From: a virus | Virus record (IMG/VR): IMGVR_UViG_3300021962_008382 | Coordinates: 32,001 to 96,000 of that record | Length of the DNA: 64,000 nucleotides | Strand: one strand, 5' to 3' | In this document: piece by piece, positions 1 to 7,366 of the stretch | Layout of the letters: each line of letters starts with the position of its first letter | Numbering within the stretch: position 1 is the stretch's first letter | Program-made: the position numbers and the translations under genes | The notes under the pieces: model-generated | Told to the model about the DNA's origin: nothing | The model's database searches: none | What the model saw: only the letters and a program-made list of their open reading frames with translations

Positions 1-73
1 GGAATCGAACCCACAAGGGATATACCCGACAGATTTTAAGTCTGTTCTGTTTACCTAGTTTCAGCACACCCGC
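1..73 (-). tRNA. tRNA-Leu(UAA), 3' end runs off the window
   Basis: Minus strand GCGGGTG-TG-CTGAAACTAGGTAAACAG-A-ACAGA-CTTAAAA-TCTGT, long variable arm GGG-TATAT-CCC, T arm GTGGG-TTCGATT-CC. Confidence 0.9.
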
Positions 74-495
74 TTATTCTTACCTCTATAGGTGTCTGTC
101 GTTGCATGACAGTTAGGACAAAGAATACGAAGATTTTCCAATCTATGATCATATGTGTCACCGTTTATATGATCTAGCTCTAGTCCTATTTTAACACCTC
201 CCCATTCAGAAATCCCGCACATTTCACACTCATTCTTTTTAATACCTTCATCAAAGAGCCTTTTTTTAATTCCTCTTCTCTGGTACTGCGGGTGCTTTCC
301 TGCTAAAATATCTTCTGTTTCAATTACTGCTGGTCTGACTTTACTTACACCTTTACCAGGCTGATTAGTATTCCATACACCAAGTTTCTTCGCATACTTG
401 CGATACGTGTCATATTGTATCCCCAGCGATGCTGCCGCTTGAGCAGCTGATGGCAATTTCGATGCTTCAACAATCTTTTCTGCTGTAACTTTCAT
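61..495 (-). CDS. HNH homing endonuclease with zinc-finger motifs
   Basis: CEMC...LELDHINGD..DHRLENLRILCPNCH. Start moved from 507 to 495 because GGAGG (501-505) precedes that ATG. The last codons overlap the tRNA 5' end. Confidence 0.9.
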   Translation of the reverse strand: MKVTAEKIVEASKLPSAAQAAASLGIQYDTYRKYAKKLGVWNTNQPGKGVSKVRPAVIETEDILAGKHPQYQRRGIKKRLFDEGIKKNECEMCGISEWGGVKIGLELDHINGDTYDHRLENLRILCPNCHATTDTYRGKNKRVC

Positions 496-527
496 AGACA
501 CCTCCATGTACTATATGTATGTGTCTA
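495..527 (-). promoter_or_regulatory. Hairpin over the HNH ribosome-binding site, with a late-promoter-like TACATATA in the loop
   Basis: 7-bp inverted repeat TAGACAC (527-521) / GTGTCTA (501-495). Confidence 0.55.
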
Positions 528-537
528 CTACTTTTGA

Positions 538-562
538 GCGTATACCATTTCACCACTCGGGC
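538..562 (-). pseudogene. 5' remnant of a tRNA (acceptor 5' strand and D arm, Leu-like)
   Basis: GCCCGAG-TG-GTGAAATGGTATACGC; no anticodon or T arm follows. Confidence 0.65.
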
Positions 563-565
563 TTA

Positions 566-682
566 AGTGCTAGTCTTTCCTAGCTGTCAATAACGCCACT
601 GTTCTACCTGTATCTCTCATACCGCTGTTTCAGATATGCAGTTCCCTAATTACTAGGCCACCAGTTAAGGGAGGCGTTATCT
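566..682 (-). ncRNA. Candidate structured stable RNA 1
   Basis: Closing stem GATAACGCC/GGCGTTATT, internal hairpins, 3' hairpin GCTAG-GAAAGA-CTAGC; no ORF in the track; abuts the tRNA remnant. Confidence 0.55.
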
Positions 683-696
683 CCACCCATCAATTC

Positions 697-845
697 TTTA
701 GTTAGTGCTACACTAGGACAAACTTTCCAGTCGATGGCCGATCGTGGTAAGCCTTTGTCAGGGTTATATCAGACTTCGAAGAAGGCCCTTTGATGTCGCG
801 TAGTTGGTGTTCCTGCCAACGGTACCCCTTGTAGCACTAACTAAA
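697..845 (-). ncRNA. Candidate structured stable RNA 2 (about 149 nt)
   Basis: Perfect 16-bp terminal inverted repeat (697-712 / 830-845) enclosing hairpins such as GTTGG-CAGGAACA-CCAAC. Strand assumed from context. Confidence 0.65.
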
Positions 846-891
846 AAATACCGGTTACGGCTCCGGTGTCTGCTCAACAGACCGATTACGA

Positions 892-1869
892 TTAAGCTGC
901 TTTCGAATACTCCAGAGCCAGATCCAACGCTTTCTCTTTCTTAGCTCGGTTCAGACCATACCAGGCCGAAGTCAGGCGTGAATCTTTCGAACGACCCAGC
1001 GTATGATCGGTCATATACGTTACCGTATTGAACGCCTGCCACCAAGACCCTTCAGCAAACTTAGCACCCGGCTGCACATGAATCACAGCCATAGCTTCCT
1101 CAGCATTAGCCGATACGGCAGTTTTGCGAAGATCGATTTTCTTCAGCTCTTCCGGTTCCATGATCGGTGGGAAGACACGATTGAAGTACTCGGTCAGCGT
1201 CTCCTTATTATAACGTTTCGAGCCCAGGTATTTAGCCTGCTCACGATAACCGACCAGGCGATCCTTAGCGATACCTAGAGTCTCTTTCACCATATCACCA
1301 TCAAACTGACTGCGGTGATTCAATCGAACGGCGTGCTTAGCGCGATCCGACAGAGCCATAGTCAACGTATTGTTGCATACTACGCGGACCGGTGTAAATC
1401 GAATATCGATCGAGCGACCGAATTCATGAGGGTTAGAGAAGAGCAGATACCCCTCTACCTTATCCCCACCAAACAGCTCGAACGATTCTTTAATCTGAGC
1501 CAGCGCCCAGACCATCTTACCACCTCGCAAAGAACCAGCCGTATGCATCTCCATATCACCGGTCATTACGAAGTCGTTGAAGAACTCAAAGGCTTCCTGA
1601 TTCTGTACCGGTTTCCAGTTCTTGGAAATAACCGTCAGAAGCTTCTCATCAGAAGTCCGAATCAGAGCTTGCTGATTGGATTTTACCGGGCCGTTAGCCG
1701 TATCGTAGTACAGATCGCGTTTCTCGACCGTCCAATCCAGTCCAGCCGTAATCAACACCTGCTCAGGCGTCAGATCTGCCGGAACTTTCTTACCCAGACC
1801 GTGCCAGGGCGTTTCACCTGCATAGACCATCTGAGCTTCGCCGTTTACAATTTCAAGTTCATGTGCCAT
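892..1869 (-). CDS. DUF932 / TIGR03299 phage-plasmid family protein
   Basis: MAHELE...ETPWHGLG, AGLDWTV, TAGSLRGG, TPVRVVCNNTL motifs. Confidence 0.9.
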   Translation of the reverse strand: MAHELEIVNGEAQMVYAGETPWHGLGKKVPADLTPEQVLITAGLDWTVEKRDLYYDTANGPVKSNQQALIRTSDEKLLTVISKNWKPVQNQEAFEFFNDFVMTGDMEMHTAGSLRGGKMVWALAQIKESFELFGGDKVEGYLLFSNPHEFGRSIDIRFTPVRVVCNNTLTMALSDRAKHAVRLNHRSQFDGDMVKETLGIAKDRLVGYREQAKYLGSKRYNKETLTEYFNRVFPPIMEPEELKKIDLRKTAVSANAEEAMAVIHVQPGAKFAEGSWWQAFNTVTYMTDHTLGRSKDSRLTSAWYGLNRAKKEKALDLALEYSKAA

Positions 1870-1908
1870 AATATAATCCTCAGTTAAGTTATTTGTTCCT
1901 ACAACGTT

Positions 1909-1937
1909 ATTATAATCTGTTACGGGTTACAAATCAA
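1909..1937 (-). promoter_or_regulatory. sigma70-type promoter
   Basis: TTGATT-N17-TATAAT upstream of the DUF932 gene. Confidence 0.7.
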
Positions 1938-1944
1938 CTTTATT

Positions 1945-2361
1945 TTAAGCATCGAGCCAGGCAGTATCGGTAAGAAGTTCAATTTTCTCATCCCACTCAC
2001 CGTAACGAGTTTTTTCGACAATTCTAAACTTCTCCCCCAGCGCAACCCACTCCACTCTTAAAGTAAACCCTGCCATAGGGGGAAACGATATATGAGGATA
2101 CTGCTGTTTCAGATATTGATCGATAATATCATTGATTTTATCAGTTTCTCGACTCCATTCGGACTCATCTTCTATAGACTCCAGACTATCTATCTGCTCT
2201 ATCATCTCAACCAGAAACGGATCAAACAATAGATCATAGTTATGGTATTCGGTCCACCAGCCGTCACAAGAAAGAATCACGGCTACCTTATCATCACGAA
2301 TCTCTTTCTGCTTACTCATAGTAATAGTAATCTTATCCTGAACGGCAGTAGAGTCTTTCAT
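1945..2361 (-). CDS. Hypothetical protein
   Basis: ORF track; stop/start coupled to the upstream gene. Confidence 0.65.
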   Translation of the reverse strand: MKDSTAVQDKITITMSKQKEIRDDKVAVILSCDGWWTEYHNYDLLFDPFLVEMIEQIDSLESIEDESEWSRETDKINDIIDQYLKQQYPHISFPPMAGFTLRVEWVALGEKFRIVEKTRYGEWDEKIELLTDTAWLDA

Positions 2362-2636
2362 TATTCCTCACCAAAATACTGATTAATCGAGTATACCAGC
2401 TTCATGGCTTCATCATACGACAGCCTAATTACATCTTTACATTCGGTCTTAGATCCATTCTCATCGGTAGTTACATCATAATACCGAATCTCAATGGCAT
2501 CTACGTTACTTCCTACCAAAGGATTACCCACTTCATAGTAGTAATCTATGGTCTCCTTGCCTTCATCTTTAGTTGAGATAGTATAAGTAAGGTTTCTGTA
2601 TAGTTCAGTCATTTTTCTCTCTCCATTCCAGTTCAC
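2361..2636 (-). CDS. Hypothetical protein
   Basis: ORF track; the real start may be the second Met. Confidence 0.6.
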   Translation of the reverse strand: MNWNGERKMTELYRNLTYTISTKDEGKETIDYYYEVGNPLVGSNVDAIEIRYYDVTTDENGSKTECKDVIRLSYDEAMKLVYSINQYFGEE

Positions 2637-2991
2637 GTGTTAAAAGAATCTTAAATTGTGGATGAATTCTGAGCTGAGTACTCAAAATCGCTTGAATATG
2701 CTCTTCAGTCATATCCTTCACTAGTATATAGTGCAGCTTCTCCCGACCACTCTTACCATAAGTACCCCAAGTAACCAAATTTCTTGCAGTTTCATGGTCA
2801 GTTTCCAAGGTTACACTGCTGTCCTTAGCTGGAACTTTGTTAACCGACCGCCTCAGATAGTCTAGACCCCCATCTACCATGTAAATCTCACCGGAAATGG
2901 TGTCAGTATGTGATCGAAAATCATGTCTATGGCGGGATTCCAATACAGTCCCATCAGGAGTTATGATAGCATTACGGATAATATTAGTCAT
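2605..2991 (-). CDS. Conserved phage hypothetical protein
   Basis: NAIITPDGTVLESRHRHDF and MVDGGLDYLRR motifs resemble a recurrent phage family. Confidence 0.7.
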   Translation of the reverse strand: MTNIIRNAIITPDGTVLESRHRHDFRSHTDTISGEIYMVDGGLDYLRRSVNKVPAKDSSVTLETDHETARNLVTWGTYGKSGREKLHYILVKDMTEEHIQAILSTQLRIHPQFKILLTRELEWREKND

Positions 2992-3150
2992 ATGGTGTTA
3001 CTCTATAGTTTTCCATGTTTGCGCGCGGAAATTTTTCTATATTTCTCTATATCGCGCGGGAAAAAATTTTTAAGTAAGATGGTAACTACTCCTGAAACCT
3101 AGTTATACAGAGTAACTATACTTTTTTTGAGAAGTTGTACTACTGTTTTT

Positions 3151-3309
3151 CTATACCTCTTCTATACCGTCTATCTGACTCAGGCAGCCTTCTACTATCC
3201 ACACCTCAAAGCCTGTCTTAGCTGCTATCTCTTGTACGGAGAGCCCCTGATCATACAGCGACTTCACCATGTCCTTGAACTCGAACCACATGTTCTGTGT
3301 ATAGGTCAT
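3151..3309 (-). CDS. Small HTH-like protein
   Basis: LYDQGLSVQEIAAKTGFEVWIV pattern; start adjusted to MTYTQ. Confidence 0.55.
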   Translation of the reverse strand: MTYTQNMWFEFKDMVKSLYDQGLSVQEIAAKTGFEVWIVEGCLSQIDGIEEV

Positions 3310-3402
3310 GGAGTCACCACCAGGAACATCCAGGCTACGCCTACCCACATGACCATGGCTACTAGTGCCATGCCTACATCTACTATATCTTTCATTGTCA
3401 TA

Positions 3403-4293
3403 TCAAGCACCTTGAGTCAGGACGTATTTAGCCAGCGCCTTCCACTCGCCACCTTCATGAGCGATCTTCGATACAGCGATCAACGAGCGCAAGGACATGT
3501 TCGACACCTGGCCTACCATGGACTTCAGGAAGGCTACGGCGGCTTGCTTGTGCAGAGGCGGGATCTCGGGGAGGAACTCGTCGGACTTAGCGATGACTTC
3601 CATGCGCTCGATCTTCTGCTGCTCGGTCATGGACAGATCTACACACATGGCACGAGTACGTACGGCCTGATCGATCTTATCCATCTGACGATTCGAGATG
3701 AAGATCACGCGACCGGTGAACTGAAACGACTTGGGAAGGTCGTCATCACGCATATCGGCCATCCAGGAGATGTAACGCTTGGAGTATGAGTCCAGAGCAC
3801 CCTTCAGCAGGTTCGTCGCTACATCGTCCTTGAGGATTGAATCGCAGTCGTCGAATACGATCGTCGAACCGTTCGATTCGAAGAGAGTACGATACAGACC
3901 CTTGGCTGTCGAGAAGCCCTTCACCACGCGATAGCACTTGGATACGTTGAACGTGGTACCTACGGCAAACTCGGCCAGGTCGGTGATGTTCTTGAGACCG
4001 GCACGCTCGAGGGCTTTCAGAACCGTATAGGTTTTACCCAGGCCACCCTCACCGGTGATGATAACCGAAGGCATCGACGCCTTGGCCACCATGTTGACCA
4101 TCTGAGTCACGAAGTCAAAGCGCTGGTTGATCGAGAATTCCGATGGGCGAGCCTGGGCTTCTTTCACCGCACCAGACATCTCTTTGACCTTGGCTTTGAC
4201 GTAGTACTGCGAGGTCGACTTGACCACTACCTTGCCGGCTACGATGCCGTGATACTTACCGGAAACTGCGTCGTACTTAACTTCGTTCATCAT
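3403..4293 (-). CDS. AAA-type P-loop ATPase
   Basis: Walker A GEGGLGKT, Walker B IVFDDCD, RVIFISN. Confidence 0.85.
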   Translation of the reverse strand: MMNEVKYDAVSGKYHGIVAGKVVVKSTSQYYVKAKVKEMSGAVKEAQARPSEFSINQRFDFVTQMVNMVAKASMPSVIITGEGGLGKTYTVLKALERAGLKNITDLAEFAVGTTFNVSKCYRVVKGFSTAKGLYRTLFESNGSTIVFDDCDSILKDDVATNLLKGALDSYSKRYISWMADMRDDDLPKSFQFTGRVIFISNRQMDKIDQAVRTRAMCVDLSMTEQQKIERMEVIAKSDEFLPEIPPLHKQAAVAFLKSMVGQVSNMSLRSLIAVSKIAHEGGEWKALAKYVLTQGA

Positions 4294-4323
4294 CTCGTTA
4301 TCCTCTTCTCAATTTGTACAGCC

Positions 4324-4408
4324 ATTATACTACCGTTACGACCAAAAGGCAACTGTTTTTTCAAGAAAAAACACTAAGGAAATCAACAAGTTATAACCCA
4401 TTGATTTC
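4324..4408 (-). promoter_or_regulatory. Early promoter cassette 1 with upstream palindrome
   Basis: TTGCCT-N17-TATAAT (4352-4324); palindrome GAAATCAA-N3-GTTATAAC-N3-TTGATTTC at 4379-4408. Confidence 0.85.
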
Positions 4409-4418
4409 CTTGGAGAAA

Positions 4419-4787
4419 TTACCGACCTACGTAGCGCTGGAAGTTACTCGACACCGTAGTGGGTTTCATGAACGGATTCGGCATAACCGATTCTGACGCA
4501 TGCGGATCGCGATCCTTACCTGACTTAGCAACCATATTCTTGACTGCTGCTTTGCGGTCTTCACTCGCTTCCATGTCACTCTCGACGTCGCGAGTGTCGA
4601 CCACCGGCTTAGCTCTAACACCGGACTTCAGCAGCTTCGAAGCTTTGGTGTGGTATACGAAGGCATTGCCTTTCTTCACACCCAGCTCATTCATCAGACG
4701 CTCGATGCAGGCCTGCTTATTCGGGGTTACACGTACAATCTCTACTGCTTTCTGAAGGTTCGTCGTTTTCATCATATATCTCCTCAA
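4419..4787 (-). CDS. Basic hypothetical protein
   Basis: ORF behind promoter cassette 2; real start probably at MMKTT after GAGGAG. Confidence 0.65.
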   Translation of the reverse strand: MRRYMMKTTNLQKAVEIVRVTPNKQACIERLMNELGVKKGNAFVYHTKASKLLKSGVRAKPVVDTRDVESDMEASEDRKAAVKNMVAKSGKDRDPHASESVMPNPFMKPTTVSSNFQRYVGR

Positions 4788-4798
4788 TTGGTACAGCC

Positions 4799-4874
4799 AT
4801 TATACTACAGTTACGACCAAAATGCAACTGTTATTTTCTTCAATGAAATCAACAAGTTATAACCCATTGATTTC
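4799..4874 (-). promoter_or_regulatory. Early promoter cassette 2 with palindrome
   Basis: TTGCAT-N17-TATAAT; palindrome at 4845-4874. Confidence 0.85.
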
Positions 4875-4884
4875 ATTGGAGTTT

Positions 4885-5130
4885 TTAGAACGGTGCATCT
4901 TCACCGTAGCAGCCGTAGTCCTCATCGGTACCCCATCCGGCAGAGGCCAGAGCCGAAGCGTGGTCTCCGTCCATGGAATCATCACCGATGTACTCCTCAG
5001 ATTCCATAGCCTCCAAAACCGTCTGTACCCATTCAATCGGTACGGACAATCCTTTAGATACCTGCTCTACACTGTAGCCAGCGCACAGCATCTCTTCAAT
5101 ATCAATCATCACATCAGAAATACGTCCCAT
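4885..5130 (-). CDS. Small acidic HTH-like protein, paralog of 6911-7177
   Basis: Both share IDIE.ML, ASAG.GTDEDYG.YGE.APF. Confidence 0.8.
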   Translation of the reverse strand: MGRISDVMIDIEEMLCAGYSVEQVSKGLSVPIEWVQTVLEAMESEEYIGDDSMDGDHASALASAGWGTDEDYGCYGEDAPF

Positions 5131-5166
5131 CTTAGATCTCCTCTTGGTTTCTCATTTTGTACACGT

Positions 5167-5195
5167 ATTATACTACCGTTACGACCAAAAGGCAA
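5167..5195 (-). promoter_or_regulatory. Early promoter cassette 3
   Basis: TTGCCT-TTTGGTCGTAACGGTAG-TATAAT. Confidence 0.85.
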
Positions 5196-5286
5196 CTGTT
5201 TTTTACAGAAGAATACCTGAGCAGATCGATAGGATATAGAGGTACTCGCCCTGTTTGTCTCCCCCCGTCTCCGGTTGCCGTACGGC

Positions 5287-5360
5287 ATTATACATCATTT
5301 CGGTCGGAAAATCCACTAGAAAAACCCTAAGGAAATCAATGGGTTATAACTTATTGATTT
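5287..5360 (-). promoter_or_regulatory. Early promoter cassette 4 with palindrome, no ORF downstream
   Basis: TGGATT-N17-TATAAT; palindrome at about 5332-5360. Confidence 0.7.
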
Positions 5361-5671
5361 GCAAGGCCTTTTGTAGCTACCACCAACATAGCCATAGCTC
5401 GATCGATCACGCGGTGTGCACCACCGGCCACCCAGCCAGCTTCCTCGCAGAAGTCGACACTGGAGGACTTGTAGATGTCATCCTTCGTGGTAATACCGTT
5501 AGCGATGAACAGATCCAGCAACTCAGAGGCTGAGGTAGCTCGACCCACTCTCACTCGATTGACGTCTACTTCTAACGCCGATGCACGTGCACTGATGAAT
5601 ACATGGTTGATCATGGTACGCTCCCATTCACCGTTTACTTTTTTGAAGCCAGGTGGAGTAAAATAGGCCAT
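5351..5671 (-). CDS. Hypothetical protein
   Basis: ORF track; TAATG coupling to the upstream gene. Confidence 0.65.
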   Translation of the reverse strand: MAYFTPPGFKKVNGEWERTMINHVFISARASALEVDVNRVRVGRATSASELLDLFIANGITTKDDIYKSSSVDFCEEAGWVAGGAHRVIDRAMAMLVVATKGLANQ

Positions 5672-5904
5672 TACGCTTGCTCCGCATATTCCTGAACTTC
5701 ATCGATGCAGTTCATGAGATCTTCACACATTCCGAACATCTCATTGAACGCCTGGCGTTCTTCGCGTGACATGTCGTTCAAAAACTCATGAGCCCCTTCT
5801 CGACCGTTTTCCAACGCTTCTCGCATATTATCGATTAGCTGATCCATGGCTTGCTTGGTGTTCTCGAACATGCAGTATGACATATTAGGGTAACGGCTTG
5901 ACAT
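5671..5904 (-). CDS. Small acidic protein, paralog of 8142-8351
   Basis: Both share PNMSYC.FENT. Confidence 0.8.
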   Translation of the reverse strand: MSSRYPNMSYCMFENTKQAMDQLIDNMREALENGREGAHEFLNDMSREERQAFNEMFGMCEDLMNCIDEVQEYAEQA

Positions 5905-6137
5905 TAGATAGTCTCCAGTTGTTTTTCAGTATCGCGAAAGAGAACAGTGAATCTCATGAGACTCAGGTTCAGGTCAGTACCACAGATTTCAACCCGGTTC
6001 GAACCGTATTCAATCGTCAACCACGGTACCAGCTCTTCATTGGCATTTAGAACTAGTCTAATATCTACGATCTCACCACGAATAACACCCGCAACGCATT
6101 CCCAACGAACCCTATCACCAATCTGTATACTTTTCAT
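5904..6137 (-). CDS. Small SH3/KOW-like protein, paralog of 7367-7618
   Basis: Both share GDRVR, LVP...I.Y, VLFRD. Start moved behind GAGGAG because the track start lies inside the promoter. Confidence 0.75.
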   Translation of the reverse strand: MKSIQIGDRVRWECVAGVIRGEIVDIRLVLNANEELVPWLTIEYGSNRVEICGTDLNLSLMRFTVLFRDTEKQLETI

Positions 6138-6162
6138 ATCTATCTCCTCATTTCGTACAGCC

Positions 6163-6191
6163 ATTATACACCAGTTACGACCAAAAGGCCA
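6163..6191 (-). promoter_or_regulatory. Early promoter cassette 5
   Basis: TGGCCT-N17-TATAAT with GGTCGTAAC spacer. Confidence 0.8.
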
Positions 6192-6198
6192 CTACTTT

Positions 6199-6420
6199 TT
6201 ACTGGAAGTCAGGATAACCACCAATGATTTTGATCTGGTCGTATGCCTGCTGAATAGAGATGGGCCTAATACCGGCCGCGTCCAGATACTCCGGACCTAC
6301 GTACATCACCGGACACCAGCGACCGGTCTGACCCTGAGCTACTATCCAGGCACCCTTCACCGGTACCGGGTACTTGCGTTCGGTGAAGTCGCACTCTGTT
6401 ACCATGGCTCTCACGTACAT
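6199..6420 (-). CDS. Hypothetical protein
   Basis: GAGGAG RBS and its own promoter. Confidence 0.7.
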   Translation of the reverse strand: MYVRAMVTECDFTERKYPVPVKGAWIVAQGQTGRWCPVMYVGPEYLDAAGIRPISIQQAYDQIKIIGGYPDFQ

Positions 6421-6450
6421 ATCGATCTCCTCTTCTCAATTTGTACAGCC

Positions 6451-6479
6451 ATTATACACCAGTTACGACCAAAATGCCA
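6451..6479 (-). promoter_or_regulatory. Early promoter cassette 6
   Basis: TGGCAT-N17-TATAAT. Confidence 0.8.
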
Positions 6480-6482
6480 CTG

Positions 6483-6791
6483 TTATTTTACAATGCTCGT
6501 AGATGCATCTACAAACCCTTCCGAATCGACGGTGATATCCCGAACGAGAACTTTGGATCGCAACACTGCCTGAGTAAATTCATCCCGAATAACGCTGGTG
6601 ATTTCATCGATGTATTCATCCAACATACCGCATTCTACCTCAACTTTAATTGCATCCTCTAGTACCGAACTCGCACTTACATATGAGGCATAATCGCCGG
6701 GCATATCTGACATCATTTCCTTAGCGCGCGCCACGCAGAATTCCGTAAAATTTTCAACCAGCTGATTAATATATTCTTTTTGCATAACCAT
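6483..6791 (-). CDS. Acidic hypothetical protein
   Basis: GAGGAG RBS and its own promoter. Confidence 0.7.
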   Translation of the reverse strand: MVMQKEYINQLVENFTEFCVARAKEMMSDMPGDYASYVSASSVLEDAIKVEVECGMLDEYIDEITSVIRDEFTQAVLRSKVLVRDITVDSEGFVDASTSIVK

Positions 6792-6815
6792 CTCCTCTTC
6801 TCAATTTGTACACGT

Positions 6816-6900
6816 ATTATACTACCGTTACGCCCAAAAGGCAACTGTTTTTTCAAGAAAAAACTCCAATGAAATCAATAGGTTATAACTCGTTGATTTC
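6816..6900 (-). promoter_or_regulatory. Early promoter cassette 7 with palindrome
   Basis: TTGCCT-N17-TATAAT; palindrome at 6871-6900. Confidence 0.85.
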
Positions 6901-6910
6901 ATTAGACTTT

Positions 6911-7177
6911 TTAGAACGGTGCTTCTTCACCGTAGTACCCGTAATCCTCATCGGTACCGTAGCCAGCCGAAGCCATAGCCGTGTCCCAATCACCATCCAT
7001 TTCAGCCTGATATCGATCGATGCGGTGGGATTCCTCTTCGATCATCTCTTGGATCATCTCTTGGATTGGAGTTACCCATGAAGTCGGGATACCCAGCGCT
7101 TTCGCGGTTTCCTCGACCGTCTTTCCGTTCAACAGCATGTCTTCAATATCGATAGCAAGATCACTCATACGGCTCAT
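6911..7177 (-). CDS. Small acidic HTH-like protein, paralog of 4885-5130
   Basis: GKTVEETAKALGIPTSWV; ends YGEEAPF; start adjusted to MSRMSD. Confidence 0.8.
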   Translation of the reverse strand: MSRMSDLAIDIEDMLLNGKTVEETAKALGIPTSWVTPIQEMIQEMIEEESHRIDRYQAEMDGDWDTAMASAGYGTDEDYGYYGEEAPF

Positions 7178-7215
7178 ATCACTTTCCTCTTGTGGTTTCC
7201 TCATTTCGTACAGCC

Positions 7216-7300
7216 ATTATACTACAGTTACGACCAAAAATCCACTACTTTTTACAAAAAAAACTCCAATGAAATCAATAGGTTATAACTCGTTGAATTC
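7216..7300 (-). promoter_or_regulatory. Early promoter cassette 8 with palindrome
   Basis: TGGATT-N17-TATAAT; palindrome at 7271-7300. Confidence 0.85.
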
Positions 7301-7320
7301 ATTGGAGTTTTCGAAGAAGC

Positions 7321-7362
7321 GAGGGCCCGGGTGCAAAGAGGAGGAGAAGCACCCAGACCCCC
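7321..7362 (-). other. 14-bp RNA hairpin with a CU-rich anti-SD-like loop
   Basis: GGGGGUCUGGGUGC-UUCUCCUCCUCUUU-GCACCCGGGCCCUC; three G-U pairs form only on the minus strand. Confidence 0.7.
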
Positions 7363-7366
7363 TTAA

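Noticed and set aside
74-537. Group I intron in tRNA-Leu carrying the HNH
   Set aside because: The ORF fills nearly the whole interval, leaving no room for a ribozyme core, and the downstream tRNA has its own 5' end and uninterrupted anticodon arm.
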